A stretch of DNA of 64,000 bases from Octopus sinensis (Eukaryota), in contig NC_043015.1 of NCBI RefSeq assembly GCF_006345805.1, forward strand, positions 42,842,001-42,906,000, written 5' to 3'. The translations under genes were made by a program, and so were the position numbers. The notes under the pieces were generated by a model. It saw only the letters and a program-made list of their open reading frames with translations. It was not told the origin of the DNA and did no database searches. Of the stretch, positions 11,685 to 22,359 are shown in pieces; position 1 is the first letter of the stretch; each line of letters opens with the position of its first letter.

Positions 11685-12052
11685 TTTTATTTTATCTAGT
11701 TTCAGCTCACGAGCTGTGGCCATGCTGGGGCATCGCCATTCGGTGTTGCTACATGATTTTACTTCACGAATGCATTTTAGCACTTGACATTTGGTGCATG
11801 AGAGAGTTTGATGCAGCTGCCCTGATCTGCATCTCCTGCCGTGAAGTTGGTTCATCTGGGACACCTGACAGGAAGAGATCCAGTTTTATTTCAAAAACAT
11901 CTGCATCCACCCCATGCAGGTCTCTCAGGTCCTTCGGGAGGATATTGAAGAGCTGTGGACCACTGAAGCCCAAGCTATTGCAGTATCTTGTCCTACATCT
12001 TGATGGCATATTTGGAGTCCTTGGCACTATGCAGTGGCGCCCAGTTCTAGCA
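11685..12052 (-). mobile_element. CR1/L2-like LINE 3' fragment, same family as 1159-1638
   Basis: RTGRHCIVPR...RYCNSLGFSGPQLFNILPKDLRDL...VPDEP on minus; same 3' tail (GAGCTGAAACTAGATAAAATAAAA). Confidence 0.8.
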
Positions 12053-12470
12053 TGTATGTATGTATGTATGTATGTATGTATGTATGTATGTATGTATGTA
12101 TGTATGTATGTATGTATGCATGCATGCATGCAGGCATGTATGTATGTATGTATGCATGCATGCATGTATGTATGTATGTATGTATGCATGCATGCATGCA
12201 TGCATGCATGTATGTATGTATGCATGCATGCATGCATGTATGTATGTATGCATGCATGCATGCATGCATGTATGTATGTATGTATGTATGTATGCATGTA
12301 TGTATGTATGTATGTATGTATGCATGTATGTGTATGTATGTATATATGTATGTTTGTATGTATTTATGTATGTATGTATGTATTTATGTATGTGTGTATG
12401 TATGTATGTATGTATGTATGTATGTATGTATGTATTTATGTATGTATGTATGTATGTATGTATGCATGTA
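12052..12470. repeat. (TATG)n/(CATG)n tetranucleotide microsatellite
   Basis: Direct inspection; a similar tract lies at 7571-7782. Confidence 0.95.
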
Positions 12471-13633
12471 TAAATGACACTATCGAGACATACAGCGTAT
12501 CTTGGGCATTTTAAAACCCGGCGGATCCAACCCTCTCTGAGTTCGAACACAACCGATTTCTTCTAGGAAGAAAGGGAAAGAAAATGAGAAAAAAAAGAAA
12601 CAGATAAAGAACAGACTTTGGTGTGTGTGTGTTACAAGCAGTTATTGAGCTGTGATGTAACCAGGTACTTAAATAAGAAGAACGCGAACCCATCGAAAAG
12701 TTACATCAATTAAGGTAGACAGTAGCTTCCTCGTTTAGTTTTGATCGTTATTTCTCTCATTAAATCCATTCACCAATTAAATTTGGAAAAAAACAAAAAC
12801 TTAGAGTTATTTCCCTTACTAATTATCAAATCACATTTTCATATCTTTTGAGATTATTTGTGTGGGGGGTTGAAAATAATAATAATAATCCTTTTTACTA
12901 TTGATACAAAGCCTGAAATTTTGTGGTAAGGGTATAATCGATTACATCGACCCCAGTGTTCACACACAGTGTTCAACTATTACTTAATTCATCAACTACG
13001 AAAGAATGAAAAGCAAAATAGACATCGGCGGAATTTGAACTCAGAACGTAACGACAAATGAGCTTAATGTATAAAATGCTCAGATGCATTGCAGCTTGTC
13101 GGAAGGGGTCAAAAGAGGGACCAGAAAGCAGCGATAAGTCGAGTAAAGAAAGACAACACTGAAGGCCTGAAGTACATGCGTAGTACAAATGATAATAATA
13201 ACACGAACAGACAGAAAAAGGGAACAGTAAAAGAGGCGTAAAGTGCAAAGGATGCATAATCACAATGACTTTATTTCCTCATAACTTTATTGATATTTAT
13301 ATATAAAAAAATAAAAAAATAAAATAAGATTTATTAGCATAAAAGTCATGAACACTTCCGAAAACGTATCTACATAAAATATCCATTCAAAAATGTGCAT
13401 TACCAAGAAAGTTACGAAGAAACAAAATCGTTGGCGTTTGGGGTACCAAACTGTAGTTATGTCGCATAAGGTTATCTTATGATCAATAGTACATCATTTG
13501 TAATCATCCCGTCCTTCTATTTCTGTTTTCAGGTAGTCTGCTCTTGGACTGCATTACCGAACATGTCATCTCCTTTTAAAACGATTCGTATGTTTATTTA
13601 TTTTGTGGTTTATTCTGTACACAGTGCACGCAC

Positions 13634-14522
13634 TTGTAGCTTTCATTATAGCCCTTTTTTTTCTACTTGACTTATTGCCGTTTTCTGGACCCTCTTTTGA
13701 CCCTTTTCCAACCAGCTGTAGTACACCTAGCCACCACATACAATAAACACATTATTATTATTATGGCATAACTTCGGTATAAGTACCAGATACATTTCAA
13801 GAAAGTGTTTTTTTTAATAAATATATGGGGAGGGAGATTAGGGTTTGGGTTAGGGATGGGAGAAAAGGGTTTCATTATAGCCCCCCCTTTTTTTTTACTT
13901 GACTTATTGCCGTTTCCTGGACCCTCGTTTGACCCTTTTCCAACCAGCTATAGTACACCTGGCCACCACATACAATAAACACATTATTATTATTATTATT
14001 ATGGCGTAACTTCGGTATAAGTCCCGGATACATTTCAAGAAAGTGTTTTTTTTATATATATAGGTGGGGTTAGGGTTAGGGGTGGGAGAAAAGGGTTTCT
14101 GTAATCTTCAGAAATGTAAACAAAGTCGCATGTGTACTTATACCGAAGGATCACCATTATTATTATTATTATTACAGGACAGATTGTTTGGCTACCATTT
14201 CTAGCACAACCAATGTCCTCACAAGAAAATCCCCGCTTTTCTCTATATCCTCTTTTACCGTTTTCCAATCAACTGTAATACACCTGAGCAATACACATGA
14301 GGTATATTTGGCTGCTATTCGGATATTAATATATCTCCCCCAGGGGCCCCTGTCCCAGTATTAAAGGGTTTTTTTCCCCCCGACTCTGGTCAGCTATATT
14401 GTAGCTTTCATTATTGCCCTTTTTTTTTTACTTGACTTATTGCCGTTTCCTGGACCCTCTTTTAACCCTTTTCCGACCAGCTGTAGTACACCTGGTCACC
14501 ACATACAATAAACACATTATTG

Positions 14523-14553
<31 letters not shown>

Positions 14554-14698
14554 GGCGTAACTTCTGTATAAGTACCGGATACATTTCAAGAAAGTGTTTT
14601 TTTTTTATATATATATGGGGGGTTAGGGTGGGAAAAAAGGGTCTGTTATCTTCAGAAATGTAAACAAAGTCGCGTGTGTACTTATACCGAAGGATCGC

Positions 14699-14772
<74 letters not shown>

Positions 14773-14995
14773 GACAGATTGTTTGGCTACCATTTCTAGC
14801 ACGACCAATGACCTCATAAGAAAATCCCCGCTTTTCTCTCTATCCTCTTTTACCGTTTTCCAATCAACTGTAATGCACCTGAGCAATATACATGAGGTAT
14901 ATTTGGCTGCTATTCGGATATTAATATATCTCCCCCAGGGCCCCTGTCACAGCATTAAAGGTTTTTTTCCCCCCCGCTCCGACCCTGGGTCAGCT
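13634..14995. repeat. Tandem partial triplication of a ~530-600-bp repeat directly upstream of METTL3
   Basis: Units start near 13634, 13870 and 14399 (TTTCATTAT(A/T)GCCC...CTTGACTTATTGCCGTTT(C/T)CTGGACCCTC); they share GGTTAGGG..GGG..AAGGG..TCTTCAGAAATGTAAA with the MITE at 6619-7035. Confidence 0.85.
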
Positions 14996-15204
14996 GTTGT
15001 TTATATGAAACCGACAGCAAGGTACTCGTCTGCTGTATTCGTAACTTCTCGACAGGAGAGTTCCACTATCCAATTTAACGCGCGCCGTGTGGCCTTCCTT
15101 TCTCTTTCGCCGGTCATAAACGGTGTAGATTCATACAAGGTAAAAGTCGATATATTTATACACATATATATATATTTTATTTTGTATTGAACTCACTATC
15201 AACA

Positions 15205-16863
15205 ATGTCTGATACGTGGAGTGATATCCAAGCTGCCAAAACGAAGCAGAGCAGCATGAGAGCCAAACTGTTAGAAAGGAAACGAAAAAGAGAAGGTATG
15301 GTTGCTGAAATGACAAATGCCGAGTCGTCCAGTTCGGGCTCTTTGTCGGCCGCTGGCATTGCTCAAAGTCAAACACCCCGTGTACCGTCGCCTACCCTTG
15401 CTCCGGATAGCTCTGTTAAAACCGAATACATTAAAGTCGATGCCGAAATCAAAAAGAAGCTATTGCTTGTGTTGTGTGATATAAACCTAGACATACCTTG
15501 TAATGCCACTCAGATCGCGGAGCACACATCTAAAATGTTAGGAAGAGAAGTGAAGCTGATCGTCATTGAAGATCTGTTACAGCAATTGTCCAGTCAGCAG
15601 TTACTTAGCATCGTTTCGAAAGAATCTAAAGATCAAAGCCACATCACCGTAACCTCTCTCGATCTGAGTAAACTCAGCGCTGTTACGAACACTTCGGAGA
15701 ATTCCTCAAACAAAAGAAAGAGAGAAAACGATGATCAAGACAGTTCGGAAAATTCAACGAAACACCTCAAATCATCATCATCTTCATTGAACCAGCCCGA
15801 TGACAGCATCGAGAGTTTACTTTCCATGCAATCAGCGAAAGAAAGAGAACATAAGAAAGTACAAGAAGAAATCTTACAATTACTTAGCAAACCTACAGCG
15901 AAAGAACAATTTCTTGTTGAGAAGTTTAGTTCTCAGGGCGGTGCTCAGCTGCAAGAATTTTGCCAATATGGAACGAAAGACGAATGTATGAAAACCAACC
16001 AGGTATCCGAACCTTGTAAAAGACTTCATTTCAGAAAAATCATTCATAAACACACAGATGAATCGCTTGGTGATTGCTCGTTTCTTAATACATGTTTTCA
16101 TATGGATACATGCAAGTATGTTCACTACGAGATAGACTACCCCGAGAAGAAAAACCAACTGGCTTTATTGAAGAAAGAACTGTCCTTAAGTAAAAAGACT
16201 GGTATGAAGGATGGCACCGTGACCATGTTTCCGCCTCAGTGGGTCCAGTGTGATTTGCGATATTTCGATATGTCCGTTCTGGGGAAATGTGCCGTAGTTA
16301 TGGCTGATCCACCCTGGGATATTCACATGGAGTTACCTTATGGAACCATGAGTGACGATGAGATGAGAAAATTGGATGTACCTAATCTTCAAGACGACGG
16401 TTTCCTGTTTTTGTGGGTGACGGGCAGAGCTATGGAGTTGGGAAGAGAATGTCTGGAGCTGTGGGGTTACAAAAGAGTTGACGAATTGATCTGGGTGAAA
16501 ACGAACCAACTTCAGAGAATCATAAGAACTGGACGTACCGGCCATTGGCTAAACCACGGCAAAGAACACTGCCTTGTTGGAGTTAAAGGTGATCCAAAAG
16601 GCGTGAACAGGGGCCTCGACTGTGATGTGATCGTCGCAGAAGTTCGAGCCACAAGTCATAAACCGGACGAAATCTATGGCATTATAGAACGACTTTCACC
16701 TGGAACTAGGAAAGTCGAACTGTTTGGACGACCGCACAATGTACAACCAAACTGGATTACCTTAGGGAACCAAGTGGATGGAGTACGGCTTAAAGATCCC
16801 GATGTTGTGACAAGTTTTCAAAAACGCTACCCCAATGGAAACTGTATGGAACCTCCGAAATAA
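15205..16863 (+). CDS. METTL3: N6-adenosine methyltransferase catalytic subunit (MT-A70), complete 552-aa CDS in one exon
   Basis: Starts MSDTWSDIQAAK (METTL3-like N-terminus), basic NLS-like RKRKRE, two CCCH zinc fingers (EFCQYGTKDEC...CKRLHF; GDCSFLNTCFHMDTCKYVHY), catalytic DPPW, WVKTNQLQRIIRTGRTGHWLNHGKEHCLVG, ELFGRPHN. No stops or frameshifts; TAA at 16861-16863. Confidence 0.97.
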   Translation: MSDTWSDIQAAKTKQSSMRAKLLERKRKREGMVAEMTNAESSSSGSLSAAGIAQSQTPRVPSPTLAPDSSVKTEYIKVDAEIKKKLLLVLCDINLDIPCNATQIAEHTSKMLGREVKLIVIEDLLQQLSSQQLLSIVSKESKDQSHITVTSLDLSKLSAVTNTSENSSNKRKRENDDQDSSENSTKHLKSSSSSLNQPDDSIESLLSMQSAKEREHKKVQEEILQLLSKPTAKEQFLVEKFSSQGGAQLQEFCQYGTKDECMKTNQVSEPCKRLHFRKIIHKHTDESLGDCSFLNTCFHMDTCKYVHYEIDYPEKKNQLALLKKELSLSKKTGMKDGTVTMFPPQWVQCDLRYFDMSVLGKCAVVMADPPWDIHMELPYGTMSDDEMRKLDVPNLQDDGFLFLWVTGRAMELGRECLELWGYKRVDELIWVKTNQLQRIIRTGRTGHWLNHGKEHCLVGVKGDPKGVNRGLDCDVIVAEVRATSHKPDEIYGIIERLSPGTRKVELFGRPHNVQPNWITLGNQVDGVRLKDPDVVTSFQKRYPNGNCMEPPK

Positions 16864-17671
16864 CGTCTATTGTTTACTGAAAGGTGACAGGAGAAAGAAT
16901 GGGTGAGAGGGATTGTGTGCATCTGCGAGAGAGGGTGGAATAGGAAGTTCATTCATTTCGTTTCAAAACTATTCATTGTCTATCATGCCAATATATAAAA
17001 TTCTATTTGAAGAATCAACGTTTTGCTACTCAAAACTGCAAAACTGATTATCAATGAAACTCAGGTAGCTCTTCATACTCTTATATACATAAGACGGCCC
17101 TCTTCGGATTTCCGAAGAATTCCATTACTTCCGAAATTCTATATAAAATCCTTTATTCTTTGTCTTTGCTATTACGTATGTATTTCTCATTTTCTGTTTT
17201 GTTTTGTTTTATTTTTTGAAATTTTCTAATCTAAAATCAAATATAGATTCTGGTTGTTAATACACATCACCCTCACCATGTTTTATCAACAATAATCACG
17301 ATTTTTATGCATTCTGGAATAGTCACCTTAACAAACAAATTGCGCGCGTATGTGTGTGTTTAGCTTCAGGTAAACCTGATACAACAGGTCTTTTGACAGT
17401 TGTTCCGGTGAAATGGCAGAATCGTTCCCGCGCCAGACAAAATACTTCGCAGCATCTCTTTCGACACTTTATGTTCTGAGTTTACATACCTATTTCTTTA
17501 TTACCCACAAGGGGCTAAACACAGAGCGGACAAACAAGGACAGACATAGGTATTAAGTCGATTACATCGACCCCAGTGCATAACTGGTACTTAATTTATC
17601 GACCCCGAAAGGATGAAAGGCAAAGTCGACCTCACCCCCGAGGTCAACTTTGCTGTTCATCCTTTCGGATT

Positions 17672-18368
17672 TTTTGTAAGACTATGGCACAAATGGAGAT
17701 TTAACTGCTGTTTTCAGCAGATAAAACGCCTGCGTGCGATCAAGCTAACATGAGAACTTCTACGTGGACTTTCGATCTGCTAGAAATAGCAGCCTTAAAT
17801 CACACCCTACTGTCTTAGAAAATAACTTACTAGATAATACTGGTGTCAGTTTGAACCGCCTCCCCAAAAATGTTAGCCCTTGTGCATATAATATAGTAGA
17901 AAGTATTATTATTTTTATTGTTTGGGTACTACTTAAGAAGGGTGGTGCCGGTGCGCGCACTCGCGTACTCTCGCATCTGCGCTAGCTAGTCATGACTAGT
18001 TGATCCTACAACGACTACCTAGCAAAGTAAATAAAACACTAAATAATTTTTTTAAAACAAAGTAAATAAAACACAAAAACACAAAGTAAGGATCGACTAG
18101 TCACGACTAGCTAGCGCGAGTGCGCGCACTGGGACCACTCTTCTTAAGTAGTACCTATTGTTTGTCTAGCACACGGTTCAGTGTTGCTATTTTTTGTAAG
18201 ACTATGGGCATAAATGGAGATTTAACTGCTGTTTTCAGCAGATAAAACGCCTGCCTGCGATCAAGCTAACGTGAGAACTTCTACGTGGACTTTCGATCTG
18301 CTAGAAATAGCAGCCTAGCTCCCTTAAATCACACCCTACAGTCTTAGAAAATAACTTGCTAGATAATG
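17672..18368 (+). repeat. About 165-bp direct duplication (17672-17837 and 18190-18368) flanking a Merlin-like MITE
   Basis: TTTTTGTAAGACTATGG...CTTAGAAAATAACTT(A/G)CTAGATAAT occurs twice with few differences. Confidence 0.85.
17925..18155. mobile_element. Merlin-like MITE M1 copy
   Basis: Long TIR GGTACTACTTAAGAAG...CTTCTTAAGTAGTACC; 9-bp TSD TATTGTTTG at 17916-17924 and 18156-18164. Confidence 0.85.
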
Positions 18369-18654
18369 TGGTGCTGGGTCCCCAGCACAGGAAAAAAAGA
18401 CCGGTTGGTCACGGCTGGAATGTTTCTGATCATTGGTCTAGTTGATCAGGACTAGTCTGGGGTTAAACTATAGCAACTGTGTAGAGACTCATACAGTAGT
18501 TGTACGTGTGTATAATTTTATATACACCCACTTGCTCTGTATGTATACATTTAAAAGACGTGTGTCTGTTGTGATTTCAATTCCTGAACCGGGCGACACA
18601 TTGTGTTCCTGAGCAAAATGCTTAATTTCATGTGGATCCAGTCCGCTCAGTTGG

Positions 18655-19208
18655 TCCGGTCTTGAACCCCTATCTTACCCAGGATATCGATCATCTGGAA
18701 GCCGTTCAGCGACGTGCAAACCAAAAGAATACCCCCCATCAGGCATTTGCCATATTCTGAACGCCTTACTTCCCTGGCATGGACACATTGAAACTCCGAT
18801 GTCTGGCAGCTGACTTGGCAGACACCCATAAAATTATCAACCATCTTACAAACAATAACTCTGAGCACCTTTTCAAACTCCACCTGTGGACATATTTACA
18901 AAGTCAGAAAACAGCACAGTTCCCATGACTTTCGGAAACATTTTTTCCCGCTGAGAGTTGCTGAAGCATGGAACAAACTGCTGGCATCAGTTGTTAGTTG
19001 TCGGAGCACTGCATCCTTCAAAACTTCCATGCTTCCTGAGATTCGCCAACACTACACCTGATTTTCTCCCTTCCATACACATGCAAGCATGTATCTGACT
19101 CATACACTGTTCGCTTTCCAGACATTTGTACATTACTGCATATACTTTTTGACAAGTTGTGGTGCACCTGAGCACTGTATACAATAATTTCATTATTATT
19201 ATATTATT
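18655..19208 (+). mobile_element. CR1-like LINE 3' fragment with (ATT)n tail
   Basis: Frameshifted NPYLTQDIDHLEAVQRRA-KRIPPIRHLPYSERLTSL-MDTLKLRCLAADLADTHKIIN, typical of the CR1 post-RT region. Confidence 0.75.
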
Positions 19209-20143
19209 TAAGATGAGTAATCATGTGACAGACTAGTGTCCCATCCAGGGGGAGGAGAATATATACACCTCAGAAACTGAGAAGCCAACCCTTAAGAGTC
19301 TATATCAGTGCTCTGCAACCAGTATGCTCCAGTACAGTGGTGTGCCATGGGTTGATGCTAGGTGTGTCACAATGTAACCTGAATATAATGTTTTCCCCTG
19401 CTCTTTACTCTTTTACTTGTTTCAGTCATCTGACTGCGGCCATGCTGGAGCACCGCGTTTAGTCGAGCAAATCGACCCCAGGACTTATTCTTTGGAAGCC
19501 TAGTGCTTATTCTATCAGTCACTTTTGCCTAACCGCTAAGTTACAGGGATGTAAACACACCAGCATCAATTGTCAAGCGATGTTGGGGGAACAGACACAG
19601 ACACACAAACATGCACACACACACGCATACATATATATATATATGACGGGCTTCTTTCAGTTTCCGTCTACCAAATCCACTCACAAGGCTTTGGTCGGCC
19701 CGAGGCTATAGCAGAAGATACTTGCTTAAGGTGCCATGCAGTGGGACTGAACCCGGAACCATGTGGTTGGTAAGCAAGCTACTTTCATCAAATTTGCCAT
19801 GACAGCGTTACAAAGAGTAGCTTGTGGGCTGGACAGAAACATTAATGAGATGAATAATGAAAAAAAAATTGAAAAAATATGATATAGATGGGAGAAGACA
19901 AAAAATACCCACCGATTTTTTGCTTCTCTAATACATTATTCTTTTTTTAAAAAAAATAAAATGTGGTATTAAACCTCTTACTTTAGTTTATTACAAATAA
20001 TCTTTTTGTCATTATGGAGATATGTACTTGCATAGCAAGTGACTCGATCTGAGATCGTGTGCTGGAACGAAAACAATTGCAGCGTGGAAGGTGTTTGTAA
20101 GCCATTTAAGAAACACACAAAAACCGTTAAATTCACTTCAACA

Positions 20144-20355
20144 TTTAAACCGGACATATCTGGCTAAAATATTCTACCTGATTTGTCGTCAGATCAGACA
20201 GTTCTGACCTCTCACACCTACCCTACAATGCTATTTAAAATAAACAACCACCTGATCGAAATCTCAAAGCTATGGGATAATGCATGGCTAATTCAAACCA
20301 ATGTGAATAAATAAGCATTACGTTTGACAGAATAATCTGAATGCTAAAGGCTTAA
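20144..20355. mobile_element. piggyBac-like MITE remnant
   Basis: Bounded by TTAA at both sides; right end ...AATCTGAATGCTAAAGG(C)TTAA; left terminus appears truncated. Confidence 0.5.
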
Positions 20356-20361
20356 ATTTAA

Positions 20362-20412
20362 TTTGTCAAAATATTTTCGTCGCTTTGAGACTGCGACCTG
20401 TTCACTGACAAA
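20362..20412 (-). ncRNA. Minimal type-I hammerhead ribozyme motif, G3-C8 core variant
   Basis: Minus strand: UUUGUCA GUGAACA G GUCGC agucucaaa GCGAC GAAA AUAU UU UGACAAA. Perfect 7-bp stem I, 5-bp stem II, palindromic stem III region AAAAUAUUUU. Confidence 0.7.
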
Positions 20413-22313
20413 AGCAAGCTACTTACCACACAACCACTCCCTATACATTTAGTTATATTTTCAGTTCAGTTGTGTCATCGAATTTTGAAAAGAATATAAG
20501 TGTACCACAAGTGAAAAAATGGTCACAGAGCATTGGTCTACATGACTTGGGAAGGAATTTTATCCCTTGTGTCTATGCGTACATTTGAGACAATATATTA
20601 ATGCCACCAAGCTTGGAATTTTGTTTGAGTTAGCCTGAGTATTTATGAAATAAATGATGTATTTCATAGGTGGTCCCTTATAACTTCATACCAGTGATCT
20701 TTGTGGGTTTCCTTGTGATTTCTCATACTCTTTTTTTTTACTTGTTTCAGTCATTTGACTGCGGCCATGCTGGAGCACCGCCTTTAGTCGAGCAAATCGA
20801 CCCCAGGACTTATTATTTGGAAGCCTTGTACTTACTCAATCTGTCTCTTTTGCCGAACTGCTAAGTTACGGGGACGCAAGCACACCAGCATCGGTTGTCA
20901 AGCGATGCTGGAGGGACAAACACAGACACACAAATATATATATATATATATGTACACATATACGACGGGCTTCTTTCAGTTTCCATCTATCAAATCCACT
21001 CACAAGGCTTTGGTCGGCCCGAGGCTATAGTAGAAGACACTTGCCCAAGGTGCCACGCAGTAGGAATGAACCCGGAACCATGTGGTTGGTAAGCAAGCTA
21101 CTTACCACACAGCCACTCCTGCGCCTATGTGAGAGTATTAACAAAAACAGCAGCGGTAACAATGGGGTCGATGACCAAGTCAATGAAGGAGTCTCCATGA
21201 CAGGAAGTGAGAGAATTTTTTTAGCACCAAGGGCCAATTTTTGCAATCTGATCTGGCAAGGTCTCTGCAGCTGGATGCCCTTCCTAATGCCAACCTCTCC
21301 GAGAGTGTAGTGGGTGCTTTTTATTTGCCACCGGCACAAGGGCCAGTAAGATGGTACTGGCATCAACCACGCTTGAATGGTACCTAAGGGGTAAGGTAAA
21401 CGACTCTCTTTGGTTATGAATGACTGTAGGATTGCACCTAGAAAGTTTCCTTCCGAGGCACAAGTCCAGACCAGGTTGTTTATGGAAGACCAACCTCTCT
21501 TCTCCATGCCACCGATGTTATCCAAGGGAAAAGCAAAGGGCTATACAGCTCAATACCAGTGACATCACAACTCATTTCTGCAGCTGAGTGAACTGGAGCA
21601 ACATGAAATAAAGTGTCTTGCTCAAGAACACAGCACACAGCCTTGTCTAGGAATTGAACTCCCTACCGCATGATTGTGAGCCCAATGATGTAACCATTAA
21701 GTCATGTGCCTGGTACCTAAGTCATGTAACAATTAGCTAAACCTTTGTATCTGTTACTTTGTCGTACTCGCAGCAGAATTTTGGAAAAAGCCGGGGGTAT
21801 GGAATTGAGGGCCAAAACTGTATTAAAAAGAAAATTGAAATTTTTTGAAGAAAAACTCCTTTCAAAATTATAATTTCATTTGTATGAAACACAGAAATAC
21901 TTTTTAAAAAAATGAAAGAGGAAGAAAAAGACAACCCCTAATTGTAAACCCTTTTCTTTCCTCATGAAGTCTTTTGTCTTTTTCCAGTCATTGCAATTTG
22001 GCCATGCTGGAGCACCAGACTGAAAGGTTTTAGTTGAACAAATCGACTGCGGTGTTTATTTTCTTTTTTAAGTGTGGTATTTATTCTATTGGTCTCTTTT
22101 GCCAAACCTCTAAGTTATTTGGACGTAAACAAACCAACATCGATTGTTAAGTGAAAGTAGGAACAAACACGAACACACGCACACACACATGCACATACGC
22201 TACAAAATTCACTTTCAAGGCATTGGTCAGTTCAGGGTTGTAGTAGAAGACACTTTACCCAAGGTGGTGCACAGTGGGGCTGAACCCAAAACCCAGGTTC
22301 GAAATTTCTCCAA

Positions 22314-22359
22314 GACACCTGATGAAGGCTGGAGGGCATGTCAGCCGAAACATCGTGTT
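22314..22359 (+). ncRNA. Minimal hammerhead ribozyme motif (Penelope pLTR type)
   Basis: GACAC CUGAUGA a GGCUG..CAGCC GAAA CA UC GUGUU; stems I and II intact. CA may be CpG-decayed CG. Confidence 0.65.

Larger units (their letters stand above)
19306..20535. mobile_element. hAT/Charlie-like MITE with nested insertions
   Basis: Ends CAGTGCTCTGCAACC / GGTCACAGAGCATTG; TSD GTCTATAT (19298-19305) / GTCTACAT (20536-20543). Confidence 0.7.

Noticed and set aside
11675-12550. 279-aa and overlapping ORFs
   Set aside because: Antisense LINE fragment fused to a stop-free (TATG)n tract.
15187-15204. Upstream TTG start for METTL3 given by the ORF track (likewise 6036 for LRRC40)
   Set aside because: Non-ATG starts from the ORF finder; homology begins at ATG 15205 (MSDTW) and ATG 5970 (MSR).
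15177-16545. Antisense and out-of-frame ORFs inside METTL3
   Set aside because: Short shadow ORFs with no recognisable motifs.
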